Shown: one piece after another, positions 38,416 through 52,700 of the stretch | How the letters are laid out: each line of letters starts with the position of its first letter | Position numbering within the stretch: position 1 is the first letter of the stretch | Notes under the pieces: generated by a model | What the model was told of the DNA's origin: nothing | What the model saw: only the letters and a program-made list of their open reading frames with translations | The model's database searches: none | Program-made: the position numbers and the translations under genes | From: Yuukianura sp. NJ FZ-2021 | Taxonomy: Eukaryota | Assembly (NCBI GenBank): GCA_046563655.1 | Contig: CM102289.1 | Span: forward strand, 62,001 to 126,000 | Direction of reading: 5' to 3' | Length of the DNA stretch: 64,000 nucleotides

Positions 38416-39537
38416 AATTGTGGCTCCTCTTGTACTAATTCTGTAAATTAATCTAAATTATGATGATTACACGGTTAACTATAGAATAATCCTTTGTAGA
38501 TGTGAGTACTAATTATAAATAAAAGTCACATTTAGTTTGGAATTGTAGAAATGCACTAGTTGGCAGCAATGGCATTTACTTTAATTGGCAAAACAAAAAT
38601 TAGAGATTGTTGACTCACTATTGTTCACTACAAAACAAACTTGAAGGGAGAAGTACTGTTGAATGAATTCCAAATAGTAAGTACTGCTTAATTAAAATTA
38701 TTAACGAAACTGTTTCTAAAAACGTTTGTTTGGTTCTTATCCGTAGAGCTTAGGATGGTGTGCGGACGAGAAGCGAGGAAGAAATGACAAGAGGATTGAA
38801 GATGGGCTTGTTTGCAGAGGCTGACAGGAGAGACACCCACTATCATCAAGGCAGAGGTCAGGGAGGTCATTCCATTCCAACGTTAGACGAAGGCTAAGGA
38901 GCAATGACAACAATGTTTCATTTTAGTTACTCCCACACATCGAGGCCCAGCGGGTGAGTCATGTCATTTCCATTTCTTTTCACATCTTCTCCCAGTCCCA
39001 CTCCCAACCATTGTTTTTGTAAGAGACTTTTTGTTTACAAGAATTCCTGAGCTTATTCTGAACATTGTAAGTTTTGTACTGAAGTTGGTTGTTTTGAATG
39101 AGCAGGAACTGTTCCATGGAGCCTGGTGTGGATACTCCGCTTGAGCACAAAACGGGACTTGCTTGGAGGCATGCCGGTTCCCCTGCTGCGCTCAAGGCCT
39201 CTTCCAGCCCTCTTCATTCCATTCACAAAGTCAAAGAGAGAAGGCTGCAACTGGGATCAGTTGGACACATTTTCCAACTCACACTCCAATCCACACAATT
39301 CGGACACTGGACTCACTTCCGGATTTCTACACAAGTGAAAGTGAGTGTGGAAATGTCAAACACTTTCGTCCTAAATCCTGTCATCATCACATTTCCGAAT
39401 CCTACCAAACCGCCTTCAACTTCCACTGGGCCAAAAACTGCCTAAGTATGACAAACAACAGTTAAATACAAGAATCCACTTTTTCAGTTAAATGGAAACG
39501 TCAACCTGAGTACTAGAGAGTTGTCTAGTGATCATCG

Positions 39538-42500
39538 ATGACCGGGAAACTTGTGCAGAGGGAAATTCTTGTTATTTTACCAGGTCAGTTTCAAACTGTT
39601 TAATTTCCATAACATTGGGATTCATTTTTCATTTTTATAATTTTGTGATTTTTAGTACTGTTGTGGTTACGTAGGACGTGCAGTGCCCTTGACTGCAATC
39701 CGCACTCAATGTTCGACTGCACTGAGAGTGGTGTCCAGAAGCCACTCACTCCCAATGCAACTACGTGCATCCCAGTGTCCTGGAAGTGTGACCAAGTCAC
39801 AGACTGCTGGAACAACGCAGACGAAGGCAATTGTCCAGGTCAGTTGACTTCAATTTTACAGACATGCGCCTAACCATGACACATTTCGGAACAGAAATGA
39901 AAAGAAGTTGTTTTGAACTCCTTTCTTTCTCAATTCGCTCTTTGTGCTGTGGAGAGAAGAAGAGAAAGTTATTGATTGCGGGGAAGAGATTCCTTCTGCA
40001 TCTGCATCCGCAGCATCCCAAGTCAGCGCAAGGACCAGTCCTTTCACCTTCCATTTCACATTCAACTCCAGCATTTTCAACTTTCACTTTTCACGAAATC
40101 AGCTTATGCGCGAAAGAGAAAGAGGAAAAGTTGTCACTTTCTTCGCCATCTCTAGCGCAGATTCCTCAGCATCCCAATCTCACACACCCACCCACTAAAA
40201 CTTACACTTTTTCACTTCTCTCTCACAAATTGTTTCAAGGAAACGATTTGTTATTAAAAATGTCGCATTTAGTAGTTGCGTTACTTTTGATCAGTTGTGT
40301 CACTTCGCAAGGTGCCTCAATACACTCAATCCCGAACAATACTTTGTTAATTTTGAACTTTTAAAACGTTTTCCTAACGACGCTTTTGTCTTTTCCAGAG
40401 TCGTTGACCTGCATGAAGTCTGTGGAATTCGGATGTCACGACAACTCCAGATGCCTCCCAGTCAACTGGCTCTGCGACGGTCAGTACTTTTATTACTTTC
40501 AAAAAAGTGACGCTTATTACACGCTTGACCTCGCTTGACCTTCTTTTTGAAATTTGCAGGAGAAGCCGACTGCGCAGACAAGTCAGATGAAGACCCAAAG
40601 ATTTGCAGTAAGAAACCTCAATTGTAGAAATGAAGTTTGAAAATTGAATGAAGGAATTGTTTTGATTACAGATGCGTTTAATTGCACAATTGACCAGTTT
40701 ACTTGCATGGATCTCAATGGAACGAAGCGATGCTTGCCACTGTCATGGGTTTGCGATGGGACACACGACTGCGTCAACGACGAATTCAATTGCAGTAAGC
40801 ACGTGCCATTCTCAACCACAAAATTAACTTTTAATTATTAGTTATTGTCTTAACTTTTAAATTGCGCCTCTTATTGATCCTAACATTTTTGGTATGCGGC
40901 ATGCCTGTCTCAACAATTGAGACAAGAGGAGGGAAAAATTTATATTTGAAAAGTTAAAATCAAAACAAAACAAATCAAAAGAAATTTAATCCTCCGAATC
41001 TAATTTAAATTGTTTGTGTTGAATTGTTCTAAGAAGAATCGTTAACGTTTCCATTGTTTTCAGATACGACTTGTACACCGAATGAATTCACTTGTCCTTC
41101 CGGCAAATGCATCAACTCACACTGGGTTTGTGACGGTAAGTCCACTGTATCATTAATTGACTTTTATCTTTTGATTAGTTTGTGTAACTTTTGTAACTTT
41201 TGACTCTGAAGGAAACAATGACTGCTTGGATGTGGATGCGTCGGATGAGCTCAACTGCACCGGAACAGAAAGTGGGGCTGGAGAGGAGTTCAACTGCACA
41301 CTGCATGAAATCTACTGCCATGGGGCTTGTATCCCCACTGAATGGTAAGTATTCCTAAAAACTTAAACTTGAGTGGATTTCTAATCAACTTTTGATGTAT
41401 CAGGGGTTGTGACGTTGGTGGTTCCCCGACTACGACAACTTCTGCCCCTGTCACCCCCACTTCCAACTCCACTCAAGATTGTTCTCCAGTGTCCCACTAC
41501 TTGTGTTCCTCCAACAGAAGTTGCATCCCCAAGAGTTCCTTGTGTAACCAAGTCAACGACTGCGGTGACTGGGAGGACGAAAGAAACTGCCACACGGACG
41601 AATGTGTCACGAACAATGGGAACTGCACTCAGTTGTGTGTGGATACACCCAATGGACACCACTGTTCCTGTAAAAGGGGGTATCAAATGATGGGAGGCAG
41701 CACATGCGTTGGTAAGTATTTCTCATAAACTAACATCCACTATTTCATTGTTTCATGATATAATCCATTTAAACTTGAGATATTGACGAGTGCCGAGAGG
41801 GGAAGCACAACTGCAGTCAACTGTGTCTCAACGAACTGGGCTCTTTCAAGTGCGAGTGCTACGAGGGGTACTTGAAGGATCCTCTCCACCCCACCTCCTG
41901 CAAGTCAATCGAAGGACACGCAAGTCTCCTCTACTTTTACCAAGGAAGTATTCGCAAACTCAGTCTGGATCATCTCAAGGTACACTTTGACTTTGGCATT
42001 GACCAGCTGATCGAAGTTTGTTATGAATAATTTCCTAATTTGTTATTCCTTAGATGACTCTGATTGTGGACAACATCTTGACAACTCTCACATCCATCGA
42101 CTACCAGTTCAGAACAGGCATGATCTTCTGGAGCGAGAACTGGAAGGGACAAGGCCTCATTTACAAGTACATTACTACATTTATACTTTAAGAATTCAAT
42201 TAGTAATTGTAAATATTGTGACTAGATCTCCAATTGACGAGGGGAATACGAACAAAATCCTCATCCAGAACCTGTCTCTGCCCGTCTACGAACTGGCTCT
42301 GGACTGGGTCAACTACCACCTCTACGTTGTCACCACAAACGTCATTCACGTCGCCACGATCGACGGAAAATTCATCACCACGCTCCTCCATCTTCCCTAC
42401 ACACCCAAGTCAGTGGTCCTCAATCCCATGAATGGGTAAGTGAACCAAAAAACAATTTCAAAATCAGATTCCTAACTTTGGATTCTACACTTAGGGGTCG

Positions 42501-44274
42501 CAGACTCGTCTAGTTTTTGAGAATCGAGTTTCGAGTCCAGAATTTGGGCGACGAGTCTATACTCGAGTCCAGACTCCAGTCTCACTTTGAACCTTAAATT
42601 AGCTATTCCGGGAATTAAGGAGAATGGAATGACTACAGATTATACCAGAATGCGTAGCATTCTTGTTGGGGATCGCCCCGGGCACGTCCAACCGTCCTAT
42701 TCACCTTTAGAATTTTCTTCCGACCACTTATTGAGATCGAAGCGTTCAACCCTTTGACCTCAACCCGTTCATTTCGGAAAAGTTCAAAAAATCAAATTCC
42801 AAAAACATGCATACAAAGGGGGCTCCCTTCCCAACAAAAAAGAAGTCTGTGCAAAACGACTGGAAATAGCTTGTAAACGTCGTGAAAAATGAGAGGAAAG
42901 AATTGCTTGTTTTTTTTTTTTGAAAAAGTTGAGAAAAAGATGTTTCTCAAAAGATGGGAATGTTTTACTCAAATTCGAAACTTCGAAAAAAAATTTTTTT
43001 TTCCGTGGAAAAGCTCATTCCGTGTTTCAGAGTGTCAGAATGAGTTTTAATTGCGTTTCGGACAAAAAGCGAACCGGGAAATTTTTTGATTTGAAGGGGC
43101 CCCTGCACTAATGCAAACCGGATTCGATTTTTTGAACTTTCAATTTTACCGTGTTATATAAAACAACTTTGGGTAAGCAAAACTAGCACCTCAATTTGGT
43201 TCAATTTTGAAGTGAGACTCGAGTTTGAAAAGCCGAAGACTCGAGTCTCGAGTCCCAAAAAAATGGACGAGTACTCGAGTTCGAGTCCGTCTCCAGAATC
43301 GAGTTTGCGACCCCTATCTACACTTTCTTTATGTTTAGGTGGATGTACTGGTTGAGCAACTGTTCTCTGGAGACAGGGACAATGGATGGACAGAATGTGA
43401 CTACAGTGGCCCACTTGCACCGACCTCAGGCCATCACGATGGACTACCTTCTGAACCACATCTACTACGTCGACTCCTCAGGTCTCAACGTCCTCCAAAA
43501 CGGACAGTCCAAGCCACTTCTCAAGGGAATCCAGTCCACATCCATCACCATCTTCGAGGACTGGATCTACGTCTTCACTGGAGATGCAATACAGAAGATC
43601 AACAAACTCAATGGCCATCCCATCAAACTCCAAAATGTAACCAATCACTTAACTTTTACTAAAAAAAAACTTGGTCTGTTACTTTGTCTTTTTTAATTGT
43701 GACTGTGTTTTCAGCTGGAGAAGCCCCTGCGAAGTATGAAGGTGTACCACACATACCGACAGGGAGACAACAGGAGCATGTCGTCATGCCAACCGAACCA
43801 CTGCAGCCACCTCTGCCTGCCAAATCCCTTCTCCTTCTACTCCTGCCACTGTCCAGAGGGATTGCTGCCCAATGGCATGAACTGCGTCGCCCAGAACAAA
43901 GTCCAGCCAAAGACTAGTCTCAACGTCCTTCTCTTCCTCGTGATGGGCGGACTGGGCGGAGTGTGTGTCGCCATCATAGTGGTATCCTGCACAATTAATA
44001 AATAATAATTAAATGATAAATATAAACAGTTAATTGGTGGTTTAGGAATGTGAGTGTGTGTTTGTAGGTGGTGTACAGGAGGAACCAGTACACGAAGATG
44101 CAGAGTGGGCGGAGTGGGATGAGTGCTTCCAGTTCCACTGGCATCATTAACTTTGACAACCCAGTTTACCACAGCAACAAAATGGAGAACCCCAAGATCC
44201 TCTCACTTCTCGCTGAGGACTCGGATGAACTGCCCACTAATCCAATGGTTCTCTCCAGTAACGAATATGTCTAG
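39538..44274 (+). CDS. LDL-receptor family protein (lipophorin receptor/VLDLR-like), divergent
   Basis: Six LDLa repeats (e.g. [60 protein letters not shown]), two EGF domains (DIDEC...), degenerate YWTD propeller, third EGF (CSHLCLP), TM helix (~43920-43981), cytoplasmic NFDNPVY, stop at 44274. Start codon inferred. Confidence 0.9.
42492..43316. mobile_element. hAT-type MITE in an intron of the LDLR-family gene
   Basis: TIR taggggtcgcagactcg / cgagtttgcgaccccta; perfect 8-bp TSD tctacact (42484-42491, 43317-43324); subterminal actcgagt repeats. Confidence 0.92.
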
Positions 44275-46732
44275 ATAACCCACCTACTGTCTACTGTATC
44301 CATGACACTAAATGCTCACAAACACGTAGATGGAATCGTGGTGTGGAAACTTTGAGACGAATAAACATTTACATGGTCATTTCGACTTGCGTTTACATTC
44401 GTTGAACTTACATTTCAGGGCTTCATTAGAGTTCCAGAACCATTGCAGCAACTTCGAAACGACATTCTGTCCAGATTCAGTCAAGAAGTGGTTAGGAAAA
44501 AGTTAATTGATTGATTAGTACTCACTTGCCCGTTTACTTTAACTTTAGTTTAATCTAATTTGTTTTGATTTTAACTTTTGAATTTTGGAAATAATTTCCT
44601 GCATTTTGTCTCAAGTCCAAGTTGCACTGGTGTCTAATGCTGAGATAACCATTCTGCAGTTTCTCTTCTTTTCGGAGAATTAGCCTCCAATGGAACTCTG
44701 AACTTGAGACAAAATCACTAAAACCAACTGGCGGAGGATTTTTGTTACAACGGAGGTCCGCACTTGAATCTAGTTGGTACTCGTCTTGGTCTCATATAAA
44801 AGGAGACACAAACCAAAATTACCTCATTCCTACTCCGCTGGAGTAGGATTAGGCTGAATTCTACTCTTTTGGAGTTGGCTTGCGGGGGAGGCTGTGAGGT
44901 GGCAATGGCAAAAATGCATGCAGGGGCCATCCCAACTCCAAACCCCGCAACATCTTCTTTTCACAAATTCAATATTACAATGTTTTGATGCATCTATTCC
45001 CTGAATCATTTGATTGATAATTCAATCGATTATTTAACTAAAATAAGAGTTAATTGGAGATAGCAATTAAAAATAAGTGAAGAAGAAACAGATCTTGTTT
45101 GTTCACATAAGGAAACTGAGTCTCCTCTTCCTTCATCTCTCGTACGACACCAAAGAAGTGAATGAGAAGAATTTGTTGAGCTTCCCTTTTATATGAAGTC
45201 GAAAGGAGTAGAACGAAGGAGTGTTTTACTCTTTTGGAGTTGGATGTTGGGGGAGGGAGTGGGTGGCAATGGAAAAAATACATGCAGGGACCACCCCAAC
45301 TCCAAAAAACCCCCAGAAATCAAACATTTTGTGTGAAAAAACGGAGAAAGTTCCTCAAAACAGGCAGAATCTATTGGATGTCACTCCAGTTCAACTTTAT
45401 TTTGGTTTTTGACGACAAACTCTCATCTTCTCATGCAGTTTCACTTGTTAAATCCAAGTAAAAGTCCCAAAAGCTCTTCAGTTTCACTTTCTTTACATGT
45501 TTTTCCAAACTTTCTTTGTACTTATCTTATGAAAGTTTAAAAAAATGCATTTTTCATGTTATTTCACGGAAAACAGACCTGAAAAGGCCAATTAACGAGG
45601 GAATTGCTGTTTTCTTCTTGTTAAGAAGCAAAAACGGGAGCTGTAACAATTTTCTCGTGTAAAAAGTCATTTGTGATGCTTTTCCATAATCATTTCGTAG
45701 GAAAAACTAAAAAATTTTGAATGTGAAAAACACAGAACGTTCCTGAGAACAGGGAGACTCTGTGTGAGTTGACTCTTGACTCCACTTTATTTTCAGTTTT
45801 GGTTTCGTCCACTCCAACAACACAAATTCTACACACATTCTCTCTTGTTCAAAGTCAAGGTCAATGTTCAAAAGCTTTCCAGTTCCACTTTCTCTTTATT
45901 ATTTTCACTAACTTTCTTCCTAATTTTAGTTTCCATTTGAAAATACATTTTATTCAAAAACCAACCGTTTAAAATGGAAGTTATGATGGAAAAAGTGTTT
46001 CTTGTTGTGAAGAAACATTTACTACACTAGTGAACGTTGTTTCACTCTGATCAACCGCCATTTTGAGTTCCAGATTAATCGTTCAAGACTTCGTAATTTG
46101 CACAACACTCCAAATGACAAATAACTTTCTCCTTCAAAGTTTTTTTGATCTTCATAGTAGACTAGACGCCTTCTGAGAAGCAGAGGCGCCAAACTCCCAA
46201 TTTGAAATTGAACCAATATAAACAAGTCCAACAAACAGCGTTCTACTCGTCCCTCCTCATGCCTTCACACATGGGTATCTTAAAAAAATACAAACAAAAG
46301 ACACTTAAGTAAACTGCAAAGAATCCGCTCAAGCTTAATTAGTATTAATTTAGTTAATTAAAATTAAAAAAGTATTAATTATTTTATGTTCATTTTCATG
46401 AATTTGTTGTTTCTACTAATTTTACTTGCTGTTAAATCCCACGTGTAGTGTTTTTCCAAAGTGGGTGAAAGGGAGATATGTGTGACCGCCAGAGTTACGT
46501 CTATTCAAAACCTTTCTGTCACTACTCTGCGCATTAAAATCCGGTGATTTACTTTAATTTATTTAATCATTTATTTAATTAACAATTAACAATTAAATGT
46601 AACGTACGATTAGTAAAATATAAAAGTAGTAACAACTACCCACAAACACAAGCACCAGAAACAGTAATTGGACAAATAAATTAGAAATTGCGAAGAGTGA
46701 ATGGAGAGGATGGTGAAAGTTCCTTCAGTCGT

Positions 46733-49700
46733 TTAGTTTTTAGTCACTACTTCGCACTTCCCGCGTACACACACCCTTGTCTCCACTGTCATGGACGACT
46801 CCATGCGCACACTTCTCTCGGGACCAGAGTGACCTTGACCCACGTCTTCTGCCCCACCAGACACGAGCGGAAGTGGGACCGATTGGGCACTTTGCTCTTC
46901 TGCTCCTAGTTTCCACTGGGCGCGGTTCCCTTTTCGAACGAGCTTCAACCTTCTACGAACTGGCTCTCCTGCAAAATCACCAAAAACAAAACATTCATAA
47001 ATAACTTTCTCTTTTTTAAAATCTTGCTACTTTTTAGGTTTTTGTAGATGGAGCTAAGGTCTTACCTTCAATTTCACCAACTCTGCTGGAGAAAGTGTGC
47101 TGGAATGGGTGTGGCGTTGTGTCGGGAACTGGTGCTTGGTGTTCAGTCATGGGTGGAAAAGTTGGCTGCGCAAAGGGGAGTTGTTGTGGACGTCTTCTGC
47201 GCACGACGCGAATTCGTCTTCGACTCGGATTCGCTTGACTGATTGTGGAATGAAAGTTTTCATTTGATTCCGTTGTTCCCTTGGCGTAAGACACAATGTT
47301 CATTTGGTGAAAAGTGGGTTCCGGTGGGGCATTCTCAGTCACTGGAGGAACAATTGTTGTTATTGTTGTGATGGGGGCGGTGGTTGTAGTCGTTGTTGTG
47401 GTGGATGGGGCGGTTGTTGTTTTCACTGTTGTGGAAAGTACTGCCGGAATTTTGGATTTTGGCAAAGACGTTGCTTTCACTTTGGCCTCGTTTTTTCCGT
47501 TTTTTGTCGGAGCGGGAACTTTCTTCTTGGAACTTTTCTTTTTCGTACTTTGCTTTTTAGTTCCTTTTTTAGTTGACTTTTTTGGTGTTGATTTTTTGTT
47601 TGATTGTTTTTTGGACGTTCCTTTGAGCGTTTGGAGCAAATCGTCTGGATCGTAGTAGTCAAGCATGGCTGATCCCAAATCTCCATAGTCAGAAAGTCCA
47701 CCAGTTGCTTGAATTTTAGATTGCAAATTTTTGAGCATTTCTTTTAATTCTAAATCATTGTAGTCACTCTCCAGAGATCCAACTTTTACTTTTCCACTTT
47801 TCTCCAACTTTGTCTTTTCTGGTTTTGCTTTCTCCTTCTTCAATTTTGACTTTGTTTGCTTTTTTGCTGTGGGTTTTGCCTTTGCCGTAGTTGGTTGAAC
47901 AGTAGTAGTTGTGGTTGGTTTTGGAGTAGTGGAAGTAGTCGTGGTGGAAGTTGTTGTGGACGGAGTTGTTGTTGTTGTAGTTGTAGTTGTCACTTTTGTC
48001 GTCGGGAATGTCGTTGAAGGTTCTGGAGAAACGTCGTCATTTAGAAACTCCATCGTGGGTCCCGTTTTCTTAACAACCAAATTGGAGTTGAGGAGCGACA
48101 TTGCTGCATGCCTGAATGTCTCCAATGGCGACATTTCTGCATGACTGAATGTCGCCATTGGCGACATTTCCCCTCCCCCAGTCCCTTCTGCTCTCAGTTG
48201 AAATGGACTTGAATCTTCAGCGGAAACCAAGCCTTGTTTTCGTCCTCCGTTCGGTTCTTCGGCCGACAACAGGAACATGTCTCTCTCCACTCCGGCAGAG
48301 GGAAGTTGTGGTGCCGTATCGTGTCGCCTGTTTTGCTGTTGCTTGTTTTGCTGTCCCTGATTTGCTACTTTTCCTTGTATCGCTCCCTGTTTCGAAACGA
48401 CGCTCTCTTGGCGCGTAACTGCGTAGTGCGGACTCATGAATTCCTCCTGGTCCATCCTCTCTTTTGTTTTCCTGTACTCTGCTGCTGTTTGAGAAGCGCG
48501 AAATGGAGGCAAAACGCGTTTGGCTTCATGTTCCTGCGCATGGGCAGAAGGACGTCTGCGTCTCTTTGGTTTTTGAGTCGTTGTGCTGGTGGTAGTTTTC
48601 TCTGAACTTTCTTCACTTTCGCTCTCACTTTCTTCAAATTCCGGAGCGGCAGTTGTGGTTGTCGTAGTTTTGCGTCTCCCTTTGCGTCTCCTTGGTTTTT
48701 CAGTTGTCGTAGAAGTTGTCGTAGAAGGAGTCGTAGAAGAAGTCGTACGCCCCATTTGGAAATAGTTGTTTTGGTAAATGTTCATGTCCAGTTCATTACT
48801 CTCGTCACTTCCAGAAGAGAATTTCGTAAATTTAGGACGCGAGGGTGAAGCAGGCGTTTTGACACGAACTTCGTAAATCGTTTCTTCTTCTGTTTCTTTT
48901 TCTGGTGCAGTCGCTGTAGTCTGGACAGTGGGCGCCGACGCAGAGAAGTCGTACAAGTAGCGAACAGGCTCCTTCTTTTCCTCTTCTTCTCCAAGTTCAT
49001 GCACAAAAGTTCTAACTGGGGCCATTTTTTCTTCGTCAGTGTCTTCGTACTGACTCGGTTGTTTCCGGAGGCCAACCTTCGTGTTGTCATCCTCATATTC
49101 GTCACTGAAAGGAGCTTCTGTAGTTGTAGTTGTTGTTGTTGTTGTTCTGACTCTGTGTTTTCTGTTTTTGTGAACATAGACTGGGATTAGTTTGTGGGGG
49201 TCACGAGCTGCCTCGAGAGCTTGAGCACTCGGGGGGATTCGGAACCTCGTTCGGTATCTCGGTTTGTCCTCTTCGGGGATTCTGTTGGCAGGCGTAGTTG
49301 TTGGTTGTGTTGTGGTTTCCTCTTGACCTTCCCAGTTGTAGTTGTAGTACTCCTGTTGTTGTTGTTGTTGTTGTTGTTGTTCATCCAAAGTGTACTGCAC
49401 AGGCTGGGCAGAAGGCGAGACAAACTGAGGTTGCGCAGAAGGAGAAAGTAGATTAAATTGTGGCTGGGCAGAAGAAAATGGGAGATTGTACTGAGGCTGT
49501 GCAGAAGGAGATGGAATAGTGTAGAACGGTTGAGCAGAGGGAGATTGAGAATTGAATTGTGGCTGCGCAGAAGGAGACTGCGGATTAAAGTGTGGCTGCG
49601 CAGAAGAAGATTGTTGACTGAAATGTGGCTGCGCAGAGGGAGATAGGTAGGGCATTTGGTATTGTAGGAGAATGGGTTGTTGGAGCATTGCGTTGTTTTC

Positions 49701-52700
49701 TGGTTGCATGAGCATGTGATTTTGAAAGTGGGCGTGGTTTGGTTGGTGGGGGAGGGGCATGGGGAGTCCATTGGAGACTGCGTACAGAACAGAAGCTCCG
49801 ATGTCCTTGGGTTCCATATGAGAAGTGTCGTGTTGCCATTGGTTGTTTGTGAAGGTCATTGACCTCATGAGAGCATGCAGAGTTCCTGCCCCCACAGAAC
49901 CAGCCTTTGACCTCTCGTAGGATGAGAGTGGGGAGGGTGGAATGGGTGGGGCTGTGGTGGGATTCTGGATATGTGGTGGTCGCCAAGTACTCGGTTTGGA
50001 TCGTTCATCCTGTTTTGTTGTTGTTGATTCTGTGGTAGTTGTTGGTTTGGTGGTAGATGGCGTCTGTGGAGTTGTCGTTTTCTGTGTGGTTGTTGTGGCT
50101 TCTGTTGTAGTTGTTGTTGTTGTTGTAGGTGGAGTTGTTGTTGTGGTTGTTGTTGTTTTTAAAGTGACAGGGTCTACACTAGGACCGTTGTTTCGAAAAG
50201 GCTCCCAAATCGGCGTGTCCCCAATTATTTGCATGTCCGCCCCAATTTCTAGTCCTACGTTTCAAATATAGATTGATCAAAATTTGCAAAGAAATAGCTG
50301 AATTTTTTAAATTTTTAAAAATTATTGAGAAAGCATGAGAGCTTATCAAAAAATTCCAAAAAAAAAAATTCTAAAAAATTGACCTGAATTTTGTGACTGG
50401 CGACTGGAGGGATTTTCCGAAAGTGGCATTGGAGACGACGACGGAAAGAAAAGTAGTCGCTGCTCTTCTTTTTTCTCCTCCACTTTGACCTTTGGTTCCC
50501 CAGAAGATGGCGCTGAGGGGATGAAAATCAATTTTTCATTTGGATTCTGCGCACTCTTCTCCTGTTCTCTTTTGTTTTCAGCAAGTGAAGGGCTCTTCTG
50601 GTGATAAGGGTACATGAAATCCCCGGGGTTCATTCCGTTGTACCCCACGGGGTTCACGCCCTGTACTCCGTTGTACCCCACTGGCTGGGGAGAAGTACCC
50701 ATCATGTATGCATATTGTTCCTGCATGTTTTGACTGGCCATGTAGTGCTGGAAAGCAGGGTCAAAGTGTGATGGGGTAATGGAAGTGATGGGGGTCATGC
50801 TCTGAGAGTTCATAAGATCCCCAGATCTCACTTTGTGGCGTCCATTGGGGTCAAGGGTCGTGGACCCTTCAGTGGAAGTGGGCCCTGAACTGGGGGTACT
50901 GAAGGGCTGCATTGGGAAGGACTCAAACAGAGGCCAGCCTGCCATTGAAGTTGGACCAGGAACAGGGGAAATGGGGTGATGGGGGTATAATTGTTCCTTC
51001 ATCTTTTCAAATTTCATCTTGGACGTTAGAAGTTCGGAAAATGAGGTTCCAGTAGGATTGACCCGGATTGACCCTTGGGCTTCAGGAATTGACCCAGCAG
51101 AAAACTGTTCATTTGGATTAGTAGAATCAACGTTTGAGTCTTGAGGGTATCCGGATTCTGGTTTTGATTTTGAATGTTTTGACCCTCCTGATTTGACCTT
51201 TGACCCTTCATGGCGGGAATTTTTAATTTCTGGTGGAACTGTGGTGGATGGCTGCTCTTCAGAGGACTTTGAAAAATCTTTGTTGCTAAAAAGTGAATCT
51301 TCTCTTTCTGTTTGACCTTTGACCTTTTCTTCCTTGAATTTTACCCTCTCTTCATGTCTTATGCTTTGAGCAGTTTGGTGCGGTCGGATGATTGTTCTTT
51401 CCTGTGTTCTGATTTTGGATGGAACTGATCCGTTCCAAATGATCTTCTCCTCGGTCCGCACTTTTTCGATGACCTTGTCCTCGTCTTTCTTTGGCTCCCC
51501 CTGCAAACTGTTGGGCTTTTCTTCAGAAGAGGACTTCCGAGGCCTCTGCGTTGTTGTTGTTGTTGCTTCTGTTGTTGTTGTGGGTACTGTTGTTGTTGTT
51601 GTTGGAATTGTTTGTGTAATAAGTTGATAGGTGGCTGTTTGTGAGTGTGAGGGTGGAATGCCTTGGACGGGGGTGAGAGTCCCTGCAGTGGGATTGTACA
51701 AGTATGACGTAGGAGTGGGTGATGATTGGAGGGGTGAAAGACCCATGTTTTGTCTCATCACATTCTGAATTGCGTTGGCATGCATGTCCGATGGGTTAAG
51801 AGTGAACATGCCCAGTTGACCTTGAGAGGGGGCCAATATTGTGATGGGTTGCGGAACTTGAACGGGAGGTTGTTTGCTGACGACATAAGTGGCGGGGGTA
51901 CTTGAAACATAAGATCCAGGGGTACTTGAAACATAAGATCCAGGGGTACTTGAAACGTAGGTTCCAGGGGTACTTGAGATGAAAGTCATTGGAGTGGATG
52001 AGGGGTAGAAGGGGGTAGAAGAGAAGAGTGTATTTGGCCGAGGGGTTGGTGAACTAACGAAGGTGAGGGGAGGAAAGGGGGATGAAACGAGAGGGAGAAG
52101 GGGTGAAGGTCGAGTGGTGGATGAGGGGTACATTTGGGGTAAGTGTTGAGGGGGATGAACTGTGGGGAGCCGTTGAGGGGGATTTTGCCAGGGAAGGGGT
52201 AGTGGTGTGCTGAATTGAGGGAGAGGTGAGGGAGAAGCGTGTAGAAATGGCCTTGGAGGGGGTTGCGTTGGAATTTGGATGGGGGGTACAGGGGGACCTT
52301 CTTCTGAAGCACTGTCTTCGTCTTCGTTGTTGAGTGAGGTGATGATTCTCCTCAAGTTGCCTAGATTTGAGTCTGGCCCCCCTTGGATGACGATTGTCTG
52401 TGGATTGTGTTCCCTTGACCCTTTGCCGTGACCTTTGACCCCTTGAGGGCTCAGCACAATTGTCGTAGATGGTTTTTCTCTCACTTCTACTTCCGTGGAT
52501 TCACTACTGTCTGAATCATCCATCTCTTGGTTAGGTCCTTCTCTTTCCTGATTGGCTGGACGCCTCCGTTCTTGATTCTGATTGGCTGGGCGCCTTCGTT
52601 CTTCATTTTGATTGGCTGGACGTTCTTGATTTTGATTGGCTATACGTCTTCGTTCTTCATTTTGATTGGGCGGATGTCTCTCTTGATTTGGCGGGAAAGT

